A stretch of 63,722 bases of DNA, the filler included, from Craspedostauros australis (Eukaryota), in NCBI GenBank assembly GCA_030167865.1. It is 23 parts of 23 records of this genome, joined end to end, with 100 filler letters (N's around TTAATTAATTAA, not from the genome) between each part and the next. Parts side by side here need not be neighbours in the genome. Positions count along the whole stretch, not along the records: positions 1 to 7,287 come from JALAGF010001780.1; positions 7,388 to 11,203 come from JALAGF010001784.1; positions 11,304 to 14,162 come from JALAGF010001787.1; 20 more parts are not named here. One strand, given 5' to 3'. Position numbers and translations under genes: made by a program. Each line of letters opens with the position of its first letter. Positions within the stretch are counted from its first letter, which is position 1. The notes below the pieces were generated by a model. The model made no database searches. It saw only the letters and a program-made list of their open reading frames with translations, and was not told where the DNA came from. Below are positions 1-12,720 of this stretch, piece by piece.

Positions 1-619
1 ATCATGGGTGCTGAAGGTAGGGCAGCATGGTGCCATCGAGAATTTTTCGCACCCACCACCTGACTGACAGCAAGCCAAAACGACGTTAAAAATAAATTTC
101 ATACAAATTTAACTTGGATATTCAGAATAAATTATAGCCAAGCGTCCGAATGCACTGTCTATTTTTAATTTTAAACGATATGGTGTTGAGATATAGCATC
201 ATAAGCAGTTGTTTGGATGGTTTTGGGTGTGCTCTATTTTAGTCTACTTTATCACGACTCATCACGAGTAAAACTCAAAAAACACTCCACAACTAGTGTT
301 ATCGTGAGTGCATCAACTGCGACCTGGACCTCGTACTTGTGCACAAAGAGAGAAAGAGAGAAGCAGAGGACCATGCGACCAAGGCAACAACACAACACCA
401 CTCAACCCCATTCTTGAGCACAACAACAACAGACATCGAATTGCCACTCATATTCAACACACAGCTCATGATACTCATCCTAATACAAGCTATCGAAGAC
501 ACGCCATCGATATCTCTGCCATCCTGCTAGGTAGCTCGGACTGCACACTTCCTCGACAGCTGGTCCAATGCCCATCGTCCAACGTCAATCATCCAGCAAC
601 CATTGACCATCCTCTCAAA

Positions 620-3084
620 ATGCCGAATGTTACAAACAAACAACTCATTGGTGCTGCCACAGCAGGTGACTTGTCAGTGTTAAAGGGATGGAAGGAGCAG
701 AACAAGACGCAGAATGACGGGGTTGATGTCAACAAGGTTACAGACAGGATTGATCAGACTCCCCTTCATGTGGCATGCTTTGGTGGCCACCTGAAGTGTG
801 TGAAGTATCTCATTGAATCATGTGAGGCAAACATCAACAGCAAAACCAATGATGGTTCCACTCCCCTTCATTGGACATGCTCCAACGGCCGCCTGGAGTG
901 TATGAAGTACCTCATCGAATCATGTGAGGCAAACATCAACTGCAAAGACAACAATATTTCCACTCCCCTTCATTGGGCATGCTTTGGTGGCCACCTGGAG
1001 TGTGTAAAGTATCTCATCGAATCATGTGAGGCGAACATCAACTGCAAAACCAATGATAGTGAGACCCCCCTTCATGATGCTTGCCGCAACGGCCAGCTGG
1101 AGTGTGTGAAGTACCTCATCGAATCATGTGAGGCGAACATCAACTGCAAAGACAATTATGGAAACTCTCCCCTTCATCGGGCATGCCACAACGGCCACCT
1201 GAAGTGTGTGAAGTATCTCATCGAATCATGTGAGGCGAACATCGACTGCAAAAACAACCATGGAAACACTCCCCTTCATTACGCATGCATGACAAGGCAC
1301 CTGGAGTGTATGAAGTACCTCATCGAATCATGTGAGGCGAGCATCAACTGCAAAAACAATGATGGAAACTCTCCCCTTCATCAGGCATGCCAGAATGGCC
1401 ACCTGGAGTGTGTGAAGTACCTCATTGAATCATGCGAGGTGAACATCAACTGCAAAACCAATGATGGTTCCACTCCCCTTCATTGGGCATGCAGCAACGG
1501 CCACCTGGAGTGTATGAAGTACCTCATCGAATCATGTGAGGCAAACATCAACTGCAAAGACAACAATATTTCCACTCCCCTTCATTGGGCATGCTTTGGT
1601 GGCCACCTGAAGTGTGTGAAGTATCTCATCGAATCATGTGAGGCGAACGTCAACTGCAAAACCAATGATAGCGATACCCCCCTTCACGACGCTTGCCACA
1701 ACGGCCACCTGGAGTGTGTGAAGTACCTCATCGAATCATGTGAGGCGAACATCAACTGCAAAGGCAATGATGGTTTCACTCCCCTTCATTGGGCATGCCA
1801 CAACGGCCACCTGAAGTGTGTGAAGTACCTCATCGAATCATGTGAGACGAACATCAACTGCAAAGACAACCATGGTTCCACTCCCCTTCATTGGGCATGC
1901 ATTGTTGGCTTCCTGGGGTGTACCGAGTACCTCATCGAATCAGGTGGGGCCGGCATCAACTGCCAAAACAACCATGGTCACACTGCCTTTCATGGGGCAT
2001 GCCGCAACGGCAAGCTGGAGTGTATCGAGTCCCTCATCAGAGGACTTTCGCCTTCAGCTGACCCACAACTGCAACAACTGCAACAATGCTTACAACCAAA
2101 CGAGCAAGAGAATGAACAGCCACAAGAACAGTTGGGACAGCAATTGAAGCTGAAGGAACAAGAGATTGAACAACCGCAACAACAGATGAGACAGCAGCTG
2201 AAGCGAAAGAAGCAAGACAAACACTGTAGCCACAAGAGGACCAAAATCAACATTGGAGAAGACCGGCTCGGATCCTTCCAAACCGAGAACAGGACAGACA
2301 CCATCTTCTTGTGTGGACAGGGCGACGAACAGAATCAATCAAAGCAAACTCCGAAGTCCTCATGATCACCGTCCCATCCATTGAGACACTGGTCGACAAA
2401 GGAATCCAACATCAGCACGCGAATGATGGCACTGACGACGGTGCAGCCCCCATCCAAACAACCATCCCTCTTCCCAACCTTCAACCAAAACACGTCCGAT
2501 ACGTCCTCCAATGCATCTACACAGGTGAGATATCCTTCGACAACAGCACTCATGAAGACAACGCCAATACTGGTGACGCACAGCAGTCAACTCCCATCCT
2601 CAATGGACAGGACTATCCGCAACAGCTGATCCTGGTGGCCAACGAGTTCGGCTTCTAGCGACTCAAGCTTGCTCTTGAAGCAGAGTTGGCCCGCAAGCAT
2701 CTCACAGAGGACACCTTGATAGACGCATTGATATTTGCCGATCAACACAACTGCGTGGTGTTGAAGGATGCAGCAACGAGAATGACAGCTGAAGACACAC
2801 AAACCATGTTCACTGATCCAGATTTCACCAAGCTATTCCAACAGCCTCTACTGCTGCGGGAGGTCCAGGCCCGCTGCAGTAGGAGAATGGAGAGTGATGG
2901 CATTGATGATGAGTACAGTTGCATGTCCATGATGGAGCTGCACGAGGTTATAGATGAGGATGAGGGTACAGCACAAGTGGATTCATACATGGATCGGGCG
3001 ACATTGGTGGACTTCGTGCGCTCTATGAGAACCAATTGATCCGAAGTGATTGTGGCGGACGGCACTGCCAAGGAAGAGAAGTGA
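620..3084 (+). pseudogene. Ankyrin-repeat (13 repeats) + BTB/POZ-like protein gene with disrupted BTB half; ankyrin part intact as a 581-aa ORF 620-2365
   Basis: ATG at 620 (MPNVTNKQLI, matches paralogue at 10128); 13 x 34-aa TPLHxACxxGHLECVKYLIES repeats. C-terminal BTB-like motifs (DTIFLCG, YVLQCIYTGEI, LILVANEFGF, ALIFADQHNCVVLKDAA). 1-nt deletion near 2335, TAG at 2656-2658 (TGG in paralogue), and TGA at 3037-3039 before the paralogue-equivalent stop at 3082-3084. Confidence 0.85.
757..2040 (+). repeat. 102-bp coding tandem repeat (ankyrin units)
   Basis: Recurring actccccttcat...ctggagtgtgtgaagtacctcatcgaatcatgtgaggcgaacatcaactgcaaa every 102 nt. Confidence 0.95.
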
Positions 3085-5284
3085 AGTAGTTCACTCCAGC
3101 AACTGCGCTTGAGGAGCGAACACGTCATGCAGTGGAGTAGCGCAGATGACAAAGGCTGAGCGATTCGATACCAATTAGATATTCTCTATATTACTTAAAC
3201 AAGAGAGCCTTCAGACTCGAATGGAGTGAGACCTGTACGAGTAGTCGCGGTGCAAGAAGATGACGAATGATCAATCCAATGCCGCATCGCACATGCCAAG
3301 TCATGCATCAATTCGACGCCAACGCTTGTGTTGAGTGAAAAGACGAAAGTTGGTTTGCACGTGCCGAAGAGAGTGTCACAAGCGGAACTACCACGACATC
3401 AACCGATCACTCGATCATTGTGAAGTTCAGTTGAGCGGCGTTTTGATGCGACGGGGAAACGAGATGGTTGTGAATGTGAGTGCAGGTGGGCGAGGAGCAT
3501 GGGATATGAGTGCCGTCAAGCTGGTGCCTTGGAGTCAGCACCATGGAGCCTCCACTGGATTCACACTCATACTCGTCGCATTTACCACTGGTGTCTCGTG
3601 ATACACGAGCGTTTGCTTTGTTGGTCGGGCCAGCCATTGGGGCAGCAGATGAGCCAAGCAACGAAGCAAGAACCATTCGCCTCACCAATTGCACTTTGGT
3701 CATGCCTTATGCGATCGTTCACCGCCGGCGGAGTACGCGAGGCTTGATGCGGTCCAACCACTTGGCGGGGTTGGCCACTACTCTAGCGTCCAAAGCAATG
3801 CGGCTCGTGCCCAGTGCATTGGTGCCATGCGATGCTTCGCTGCCAAGCCGTTGCTTTCCACACGTCAGGATGAATTCGCCGCAGTCTTGCTCAGTGCTTC
3901 AGCTTGACGACTTGGGGATTGGCATCATCGAACGATAGATACGCGGAACCGAAGTCGACGCCAAGAGATCGCGCGCATCTTCCACATGATGCGTGGTCCG
4001 ACCTCTCATCTGAACTTGTCCGCGCAATGCGTGTGTCTGCCTTGTTCAGGCGGCGGAATTGAAGTAGCGAAGACCGCGCTCATCATCTCGGAGGTGTTTG
4101 TACCAACAGTCGGACGAGTGGAGGGAAGTGTGCTTGTACGAGCATCGTGGTGGTCGGAGACCATGGTGTGGTCAGTGTGCTGTGTTGTGGTGAGCACGTC
4201 TCTCTTGGTTGTTGTTGGTGATGGATTCTTGTTCTCGTTTGTTGGCGTGTTGTTGATTGATTCAAGTCACGCACGTGACTCGTCTAACCGACGCACGTAC
4301 AGCGCGCAGAGCAAGGCGAGCCAGACCTCAACTCCCAATCTAATCAATACAGTCAGTCTCTCATGGCGCACAACATCGATCCGCACACTCTGTCCTATTG
4401 GCACTTGTCTCCTTGTGGCGTGCGCGTTGGCGAGCAGAACATCATTGTTTGTGTGTGGCTCGTGAGGGTGCTCGTTGCTGCCATAGTAACCTCACTGAGG
4501 CGCGGCGCACAGTGATGAATCAATCGGCAGAAGAACAAATGAAAAAAGGTGGTGTGCCCTCATGATTGGCTGTTCTGACCGTTGTGAACAGTCTGAACAT
4601 GATGCCGCGAAATAATGAACTTTAGAGAGCAACGCAAACAAACAGCAGCGTTGCTGACAATGACAATGGATGCAACCCATGGCGCTGCGCACTAGTGGTA
4701 CTTGCCATACATGCCATCGCAATTCCACGGGATAGAGCCCCAAGGCAAGGCTCGGAACAATTACGGAAGGTGCCACGAACCCACAAACTACAGGCACGAG
4801 AAAGCGAAGGACGTCCTGCGCTATCAGCATAGCCAAGGCACCGAGGCAGGTGGGTTGCGTGTCAGCCAGCGGCAGCCTTTGCGCATTCTCACCGTTCGCG
4901 CTTGGCTCTGTCTTTGTCGAAAGTTGAAACCAGCTTCGGAACCAACGTAGAAGCCGACTGGAGTACTCTCTCTCTCTCCAGAGCAGAGAGCATTACTCTC
5001 TGGCGTCTGCCTCGAATTGAGTTGCGGTGCTTGCCTGGTGGGACACACGCTCCGGACCACAAATCGCCTTGGAGATAGACCACACAAGGAAAGATAAAAG
5101 ACGAAAGTCGAGCAAGCAGGAGGGCGCATGCAAGCTGGGTTGTGAGACGCTGAAGAGATCCAACGGATCACACGACGCTGGAGCAGCTGCTGCCACCACA
5201 GATGGAGCAAGACAATTTCGTTATCTCGCCTTGCTTTATCGAATTGCTTCTTCGAATTGTGCATCGATCATCAGCGACAGCACC

Positions 5285-7287
5285 ATGAAGATGCTCGCTG
5301 TCTCTGTCGTTGCCATGATGGCCATGATAGCCATGGTGATCACGGTGACGATGGCAACGGCAACGGCAACGAAACATCCGAAGAAAGTCACCAAGCCGAC
5401 CAAGAAGATGAAAAAGGCCAACGACTCCGACGCCTTTCCACCCATCGCTCGCAGAGACCCGAAAGATGATGGAACGTGCATCAACACCGACGATCCAACT
5501 CCTATCAGCCAGTACGCCATTCTGACCGTCCTCGCGCGTCGCAACACTCTCCTGAACAACGCTGAGGATGTCCGCACTCTGCTGGAGACCAACTTCGTCG
5601 ATGCGTACAACGCCGTGGCCAGCTGCGCCCAAAATGGGGCTTTCTACACTCTCACGTCCATGTCCATCCTGAGGTCCAGCATTGGCTCCACCTTCATCGT
5701 CACTGATCCATCCGCGAATGGCGGTCGCAGGCTGCAGGATGCGGAAGAGGCCGAGGAAATTGACTTCCTCATCTTCATGGAAGGAGAGTGCGTCGGTTGT
5801 CCTGATATTGGCGGTGACAGCGGGCCTGTCTTTATCGACCAGATCGATCCATCTATCCTGGATCAGACTCAGCGTCGCATGATGCAGATGTGGCAGCATC
5901 AGGAAGGGTCTTCCGGCAAGGCAGCTACTGATACAGTTGCAACTGCCAAACCTCGCGTCAAAGCCCATCATCAGACGCAGACATATGCAAACACACAGGC
6001 AAACACAGATGTGCAGGTAGATGTAGGCAACCACCAACCACACAGAGGCAGCGGGGCAAAGGACAACAAGCAACCTGGAGTGGAGAGATCCGCCATGTAC
6101 GGCCTCTCCGATGATCTGCGAGATGACAACGATGTCGAAGACGCAATTGAACCCTCCGCACCATCATCACGACCACGGAGAAAGCGCGGCCGCCTCGAGC
6201 CACGACGACACCTGGACGGTTCGAAGGAGCGCATCCACAATGGCGTCTCCTTCTCCCTTCTGCACAGACGCTCGCTCAACACAAAGAGCGACGATAGCAA
6301 GGACAAGGACAGAAGTGGCAACAGAAAGAAGGAGACCAAGGCCAACAGCGGTGACGACAACGCTGGCACTGGCGCTAGTGGAGAAGGGGATGGAGATGGC
6401 GAGACACCCGACGGACAAGCTCCCAAGTCCACGCAGGGCGCCAAGAGCGTCAAGGCATCCAGGTTCTCAGAACCCACGTCGGCTCCAACTGGTTCCACTG
6501 ATCCCAATGGACCAGCGCCTGGACCGGACACCACTGCAGCACCGTTCGGAAAGAGCAGCAAAATGGAATCACCTTCCTCCGTGCCTTCCGAATCGCAGAA
6601 ACAATCCAAGGCGGGATCGCCCATGCCGAAAGGCACGGGCACCAGCACCAAGATGTCCAAGTCGGAAAATGGTTCAAAGGAGTGCATTTGCTTTCCACCA
6701 ACTATCTCTGCCGTCATCAACGAGTACGACGCCGCCATCCAAACCGCCGCTACCATCGGTATCGACGCCATCCTCTCTCTCGTCCTCGTGGACCCCTCCA
6801 CCGCATGCACCGCCGACGACTTCGAGACCCGTACCGCCACCGTCCTAGTCACCATCCAGATCGACCCATCACTGTCTTCCACGGCCGGTGGTGGTCTCAC
6901 AGACGGACAGGTGGAGCAGTTCGAGGATGATCTAATGAACGAGTACAACGCGCAAAACAGCGGCGCGCTCAACGACCAGTCCTGCGACCCCTTCTTCAGA
7001 CGCGTCATCAACGTCGAGCTGGTGCAGGTCGTCGAAGGCTACAGCCGCCGTCTCCAAGATTCCAACAAGGATCCTTCATTCCACGGCCATCGCAACATGC
7101 AAACTTCTACTGACTTCAGCGCCTCTATTGGTGTCTCCACCTACATCTCAATCTACACCTTCTTTTGCTTCAGCTGCGAATCGGGCACGCTGCTCTACGA
7201 CGACGTCGACTTTGTCACGGTTCGTCGCGGCCGTGCGCTCAACGAAGAAGGTGATACCTACGACGACAGTGCTGACAACAGCAACAT
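5285..7287 (+). CDS. Secreted diatom-type protein with RRL-like processing motifs, KxxK/PTSAP low-complexity region and two Cys-containing repeat domains (3' truncated)
   Basis: ATG at 5285 followed by hydrophobic signal peptide MKMLAVSVVAMMAMIAMVITV. Motifs RRLQ (twice), RRHL, RRSL, RAL; KSVK, KSSK, KQSK, KMSK. ORF runs into the contig end. Confidence 0.8.
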
Positions 7288-7387
7288 NNNNNNNNNNNNN
7301 NNNNNNNNNNNNNNNNNNNNNNNNNNNNNNNTTAATTAATTAANNNNNNNNNNNNNNNNNNNNNNNNNNNNNNNNNNNNNNNNNNNN
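7288..7387. other. Artificial contig spacer N44-TTAATTAATTAA-N44 (first of 22)
   Basis: Identical 100-nt spacer with stops in all six frames. Core starts at 7332, 11248, 14207, 15786, 17291, 19289, 20598, 24708, 35681, 38766, 40472, 46564, 48114, 49309, 50552, 52058, 54042, 55336, 57703, 59565, 60902 and 62185. Confidence 0.98.
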
Positions 7388-9268
7388 CAGTTGAAGGTAC
7401 CAGGATCTTGTCAGAGGCGCACGAAGGAATACGGGCGTCCATCATACCAAGATGATGGGCGAAGCAACCACAGAGATTACCAAGTGGTTGGTGGAAGGAG
7501 TGGCAACAGTGGTGCAGATCAATGTGGTACCAAGGTATAACACTACACCGACCATTGGGCAAGTGGCACTGCAATGACAGGTTGTGGTGATGGTGGAAGG
7601 AGCCATATCAAGATGACATCTGGGACCTGGCTGCCTCTCCAATTCTATGGTATCGACTGTATCGACAAAGCTGGACCCAAAGGAAGCAGTACACCCAAAT
7701 CGCGACAGTGGCTGAAGCTCCAGCGAACGCCAAGAGAGTCTCTGTGGTTTCCACAGAACGCGGAATTGAATGGGACGGGCATGTTGGGCTCACAAAGCCT
7801 CATGACGAGCCCACTGCCGCATATGATCCGATTGAAAACCTAGTGGGGGACATGGTGCTCCACAAGGCGATGAGGGCAGCAAACCGCAACAGACTTTTGA
7901 TGGTGAGCGACGGGTCGCCCAAAGACAGGCAAGGGACATCAGTATCGATTGCGTTTGACGTCGAATCCCAGCAGCACATGTACTGCCAAACGTTCGTTCT
8001 GGGGCCCCAGAAGTTCACAGTGCCTATGGAAGTGAGTTAGCTGGGGTATGGGCGTCCCTTGCAATCGTCTCGGAGATTCCAGGCATTCACAAGGACAGTG
8101 TGATCACCATTGCCCTGGACGGCAAGCAGGCGCTCTTGCAAGCACAGGAGGACGACTTGCTACCAAGCCAAAAGGACTGGGATGTTCTCATGGAAATCAG
8201 GAGGATCCAATGGCAGATCCTGGCTTCACTGAAGTGGAAATGGGTGAAGGGGCACCAAGAAGCCACTGGCAAACAGCTGACGGTGATGGAGCAGCTCAAC
8301 ATGGAGGCCGACGAGAAAGTCAAGCAATTCTGGGAAGAAACCTGTCAGAGACCCTATGTGCGAACCTGGTCCACTGACACCGGCAGGCAGCGACTCCAGC
8401 TTTGCAAAGACAACCACTCACGCGTGGACCCAGGTGCGATGAATGAGCTCCTTCAGCCTGCCTTGGCGATGAAGTATTGATCCTCAAAGTTCCAGTGGGA
8501 CAGCAACCAGCTGGACCAGGTCGATTGGCACACGGACAAGGCAGTGCGCCAGTCCAAGCAAAACTTCAGCTTGACCATGCTCAGTTTGAAGTGGGCCTCT
8601 GGATTCATTGGGGTCAACAAGAAGTTGCTCCAGACCGGACAGATGTCATTGGCAAAGTGCAAGATCTGCAGGTGTGATGAAACCAACCAGCATGTGTACC
8701 AATGCCCAGAACATCATGAGGCATGGACGATCGCCACCTCGAACCTAGTGGATCGCATGGCGGAGAGTGGAACATCCCCACGATTGGTAAGGAACATGAC
8801 AGTGGGTTTGGTTTGGTGAAATGGAGGAGGAACGTAGGCTTGAATGACACACAAAGTGTCATTGGATGGTCCCAACTACTGGTAGGGCTTCTGCACAAGG
8901 ACTGGGTAAGCCAGCAGGAACAATGGATGATGACACACGAGTGCCGATATCCAGACGCAAACGCTTGGGCTCGGGAAATGGTCTCGTGGATACGGAAAGT
9001 GCCCTGGGAGGTGTGGCTGGTCAGGAATGCCAAAGTGCATGACGAAGAACAACACCCGGCCGCGAGGGACTTGCGTAGGCAGGTACAAAGACTGATACAG
9101 GGTGCGATCAAGGACATGAACAAATCGGAGCTACATCTACTCCAAGAAGCCCGCAGTATCAAGTACAGAACAGAGAAACAGATGAAACAGTGGGTGAACT
9201 CTATGATAGCCATCCAAGCGGTGGTGAAAGCGTGGCGACGATCGCGAACGATACAAGCCGAGCGGTGA
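7388..9268 (+). mobile_element. Degenerate 3' part of a non-LTR retrotransposon ORF2 (RNase H + C-terminal zinc motif), diatom Ambal-like
   Basis: RNase H motifs VSDGS, LDGKQAL, WKWVKGHQ, LNMEADEKVK; CKICRCDETNQHVYQC zinc motif; IGWSQLLVG. Broken by stops at about 8040, 8480 and 8819 and by frameshifts. Confidence 0.75.
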
Positions 9269-10127
9269 GCATGGCGTCGTGGCTGGGGACGGCTTGAGAA
9301 GGGACACTTGACAGATCGCTCAACACATGGCCCCACGGGGCCGGGGAGGCGAGGGTAAAGCCTTATGGCACATCTACGATGTAATCACTGAGTTATTTAT
9401 GTATATATTTGCTTTGCATACCAAAGAAAATTTAGTGTGCTCCATGACATTATATAATATAATTCTGTGTTGTGTGGTATTCGCAAGTGTTGCTGTTGCA
9501 GCTGACGCGAAGGGGTGCCACCAACGCTGTGCTGCTTTGCGCTACACGCGCGAAGGAGGAAACACACAACCGAGCCAAATCATCGACAACGTGAGGAATC
9601 AACACGACACCAAAACTGCCACAACATCACCATCCACACCATTGAATACAATCGTGGTCTGACATCGACCGTCGTTGACGTCAGCATTTTCGTCCACGTT
9701 GAAGACAAGTCAGCCAGGTATTTGTGTCGTAGAAGCTAGCTAATTAAATATGACCCTAATGGACAAGACACCACATCGTTTGCCAAAAAAGTAATGTTGT
9801 CCGATAAAAAATCGGCAGGATACTACCTTTTTGTCCTGAATGGGGTCGTATTGTGTGTGTGTGTGTGTGTGTGTGCTTTGTGGTGGATGTCGAGAAGGAT
9901 CCGCACCAACCAGTTCTTCCACGACAAACCAGAGTGCGATCATGGAACAGAGAAACAGAACGTGCGAACAAGACAACGACAACCTTGCTATTCCTTGCAA
10001 CAGTTTGGTCTCATACCGTCAGTCAGCATCTTCATCATAAGACCGACTCGTACCGTGAACACATTGAGCAATCATCCAGCAATTGTTTGTCTACCAACAG
10101 CTCAACAACCAACGACCAACGACCAAC

Positions 10128-11203
10128 ATGCCGAATGTCTCGAACAAACAACTCATTCGTGCTGCCAAGACAGGTGATCTGTCGGTGTTGAGGGAATGGA
10201 AGAAGCAGAATGAAGGACGTGATGTCAATACGGTCAAAGACTTCCTTGGCTACACTCCACTTTATACAGCAAGCATCTTTGGCCAACTGGAATGTGTGAA
10301 GTACCTCATCGAATCCACCAACGCCGATGTCAACTGCAAGAGCAAGCATGGCGACACTCCACTTCATCATGCATGCGTTGGAGGCAGCCTGGAATATGTG
10401 AAGTACCTCATCGAATCAGCCAACGCCGATGTCAACTGCAAGAACAACGATGGTTGGACTCCACTTCACTATGCATGCGAGCACGACAGCCTGGAATGTG
10501 TGAAGTACCTCATCGAATCAACCAACGCCGATGTCAACACGGTCAAAGACGGCAATGGCAACACTCCACTTCATCGAGCATGCTATGGAGGCAGCCTGGA
10601 ATGTGTGAAGTACCTCATCGAATCAACCAACGCCGATGTCAACTGCAAAAACAACGATGGCAGCACTCCCCTTCATGTGGCATGCTTATGGGGCCGTTAT
10701 GAATGCGTCGAGTACCTCATCGAATCAACCAAGGTCAATATCGGCATCCAAAACAATGACAACGAAACACCCGTCGAATTAATCATCGCGAACAAGCAGG
10801 TCAAGATGATGACATCAATCATGAAGCGTCTCGGTCATCTCAGTCGTCGCAACTTGCAACTGCAGACACAGCTGCAAACAGAGACGCAGGTGCGCAAGCA
10901 AAGCAACACAAACACCATCACAACACCAACCAAGCACAACAATCCTAAAATCCACACAACAACCAACATCAGCATCGACCAAGATCGTCGCAGCGCTGTT
11001 CGNTCTGAGGCCAAGGCAGACATCACCTTCCTGTGCGGACAAGGCGACGAACAACAGCCAATCAAAGCAAACTCCGGAGTCCTCATGGTCACTGTTCCGT
11101 CCATTCAGACATTGATCGGCTCGGGAATCCAACATCAGCATGTCGATGACGGCACTGATGACGGCACTGATTCTGCCACTGCCCTCACCCGCAGGCTCAT
11201 CCC
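10128..11203 (+). CDS. Ankyrin-repeat (5 full repeats + cap) + BTB-like protein, paralogue of 620-3084 (3' truncated)
   Basis: MPNVSNKQLIRAAKTGDLSVL N-cap; TPLHxACxxGSLECVKYLIESTNADVN repeats; BTB start ADITFLCGQGDEQQPIKANSGVLMV. Confidence 0.9.
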
Positions 11204-11303
11204 NNNNNNNNNNNNNNNNNNNNNNNNNNNNNNNNNNNNNNNNNNNNTTAATTAATTAANNNNNNNNNNNNNNNNNNNNNNNNNNNNNNNNNNNNNNNNN
11301 NNN

Positions 11304-12712
11304 TCTTTCAGATCTTGGATGTAGGAGTATTCGCCTTCGTTGTACGCCCCTTCAAGTTCCGTGTTCCAGCTAGTGAACATTTGCATGTCCATATTGGATG
11401 ACATCAGAATCTGGAGGTATACGTCCTCACTCTTTGATGTTGGGTTGGCACGTCCGATGTAGTACCTGAGGTCTTTCCACGCTGCTGGGATGTCGGCTGA
11501 GGTGATGATGCATCCTTTGGATTTGTTCTTTTTGTACCATGGGCTGATGACCAGGCTTGAGTCCAAGTCCTTTGCTTCTTCGTACCACTGTCTGAACCGC
11601 TCCTGGAAATCTCTGACCGGGGTGCGGGAGCCCTTGGATATCTTCAGTCGCATCTCGAACCTTTCGTAGTACCGTCGGTTCGGATTGGACATCTGAGGGG
11701 TCTTCTTCTGCTTTTTGGTCCACCCCTCTTCCTCTCCTGATTGGTTTGGTGCTGTCTCATTTGATGCCTCGGGTTTGCGTGCTACGCTTGGTTTGCCATT
11801 TGCGTCTCTTGGAGCTGGTGCCGTGATCCTTGTGGCTGTTGTGAATGATGTGAGATTAGACTGTCGAAGCGGCTTTTTGTTGATGAGCGATTTCAGGTCA
11901 TAGCTGTCGTCGTCTTCACTGTCAACCTGCATTTTCTCTGCGTCTGAATTCACTTCCGGAGGTGGCAGCTCGTCCATGTATTGACATCCCATGTAGTTGG
12001 TGGCTGCTGCCCACAGGACCGTCATTTGATTGGCTGCCATTGCTTTCTCTCCTGGCTTGAGCGCGTCCTTGAAGCATTTGACTGGATCAGTAAGCGATAA
12101 GTCTGCTATCAGCTGTTTGATGGCCATTCTTGCTGGGGCTTCGGGTTGAATTTTGGTCTTCCCCAGCCTCGTGGTGCGACCATCCATCACTGTCTGGAAG
12201 AATGCTGTCGTCTCTGTGATCGTGGGCATGCTGGCTGACACCAATGCTGTGTTTTGCCCTTCCCATTTGGCTTTCATGATAAGCGTCTTCTTCACTTGGT
12301 TGTGCAGAGCCCTCTCTTCTTCTCCGTACACTTCGTCCGGTTGGAATCCTTTGGCGTGTTGTGCCATCGTCTCATTCAGCTTTTTCCATCGCGAGGTGTT
12401 CGGATCTCGCCAAGCTGTCGCTACTTCTCCGTTTTTCTCCATCATCTCTTGCTCGTTCTCTGTCGGATTTGGCTTGGGTGGTGGCTTGGGTGTTGCTGTT
12501 TGCACAGCTTGCCCTGCTGCCGGTGCCATCTCGTTGTCGTCGGTGCGGTCGTCTACAATTCTCACGTGTTTCGTCATCTTCATCGTCGGTTTCGGATCTT
12601 TCGTGTCACGTACAATTTGCTGTAGGTTGAGTACTGGTTTGATTGTGTTGTGTCGTTTTTTGTTTCTTTCTAGTGTTATCGTTGTTTTTTCGGGTTCTGG
12701 TATTGTGACCAA
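11304..12712 (-). mobile_element. Probable ORF1 (5' part) of a non-LTR retrotransposon
   Basis: Long intronless ORF of about 470 aa on an A-rich coding strand; disordered N-terminus, then RFEMRLKI...DSSLVISPWY, which resembles ORF1 proteins of diatom LINEs as I recall them. Runs to the contig end. Confidence 0.45.
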
Positions 12713-12720
12713 CGATTACC

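Noticed and set aside
757..2040. CRISPR-like repeat-spacer array or DGR target
   Set aside because: The units are in-frame 102-bp coding repeats with no unique spacers, no cas genes, no template repeat and no obvious adenine-specific variation.
2656..2658. TAG readthrough or alternative genetic code
   Set aside because: The paralogue has TGG, and the same region has a frameshift and another stop; ordinary decay explains it.
7288..7387. Recurrent TTAATTAATTAA palindrome as a biological repeat or target site
   Set aside because: Always centred in exactly 44+44 Ns and stops all six frames; it is a concatenation linker. Gene neighbourhoods across linkers were not interpreted.
11160..11203. Joining this ankyrin gene to the BTB fragment at 58865-59520
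   Set aside because: The equivalent segments differ (DDGTDDGTDSATA versus NDGTEDYAAP), so they are different family members.
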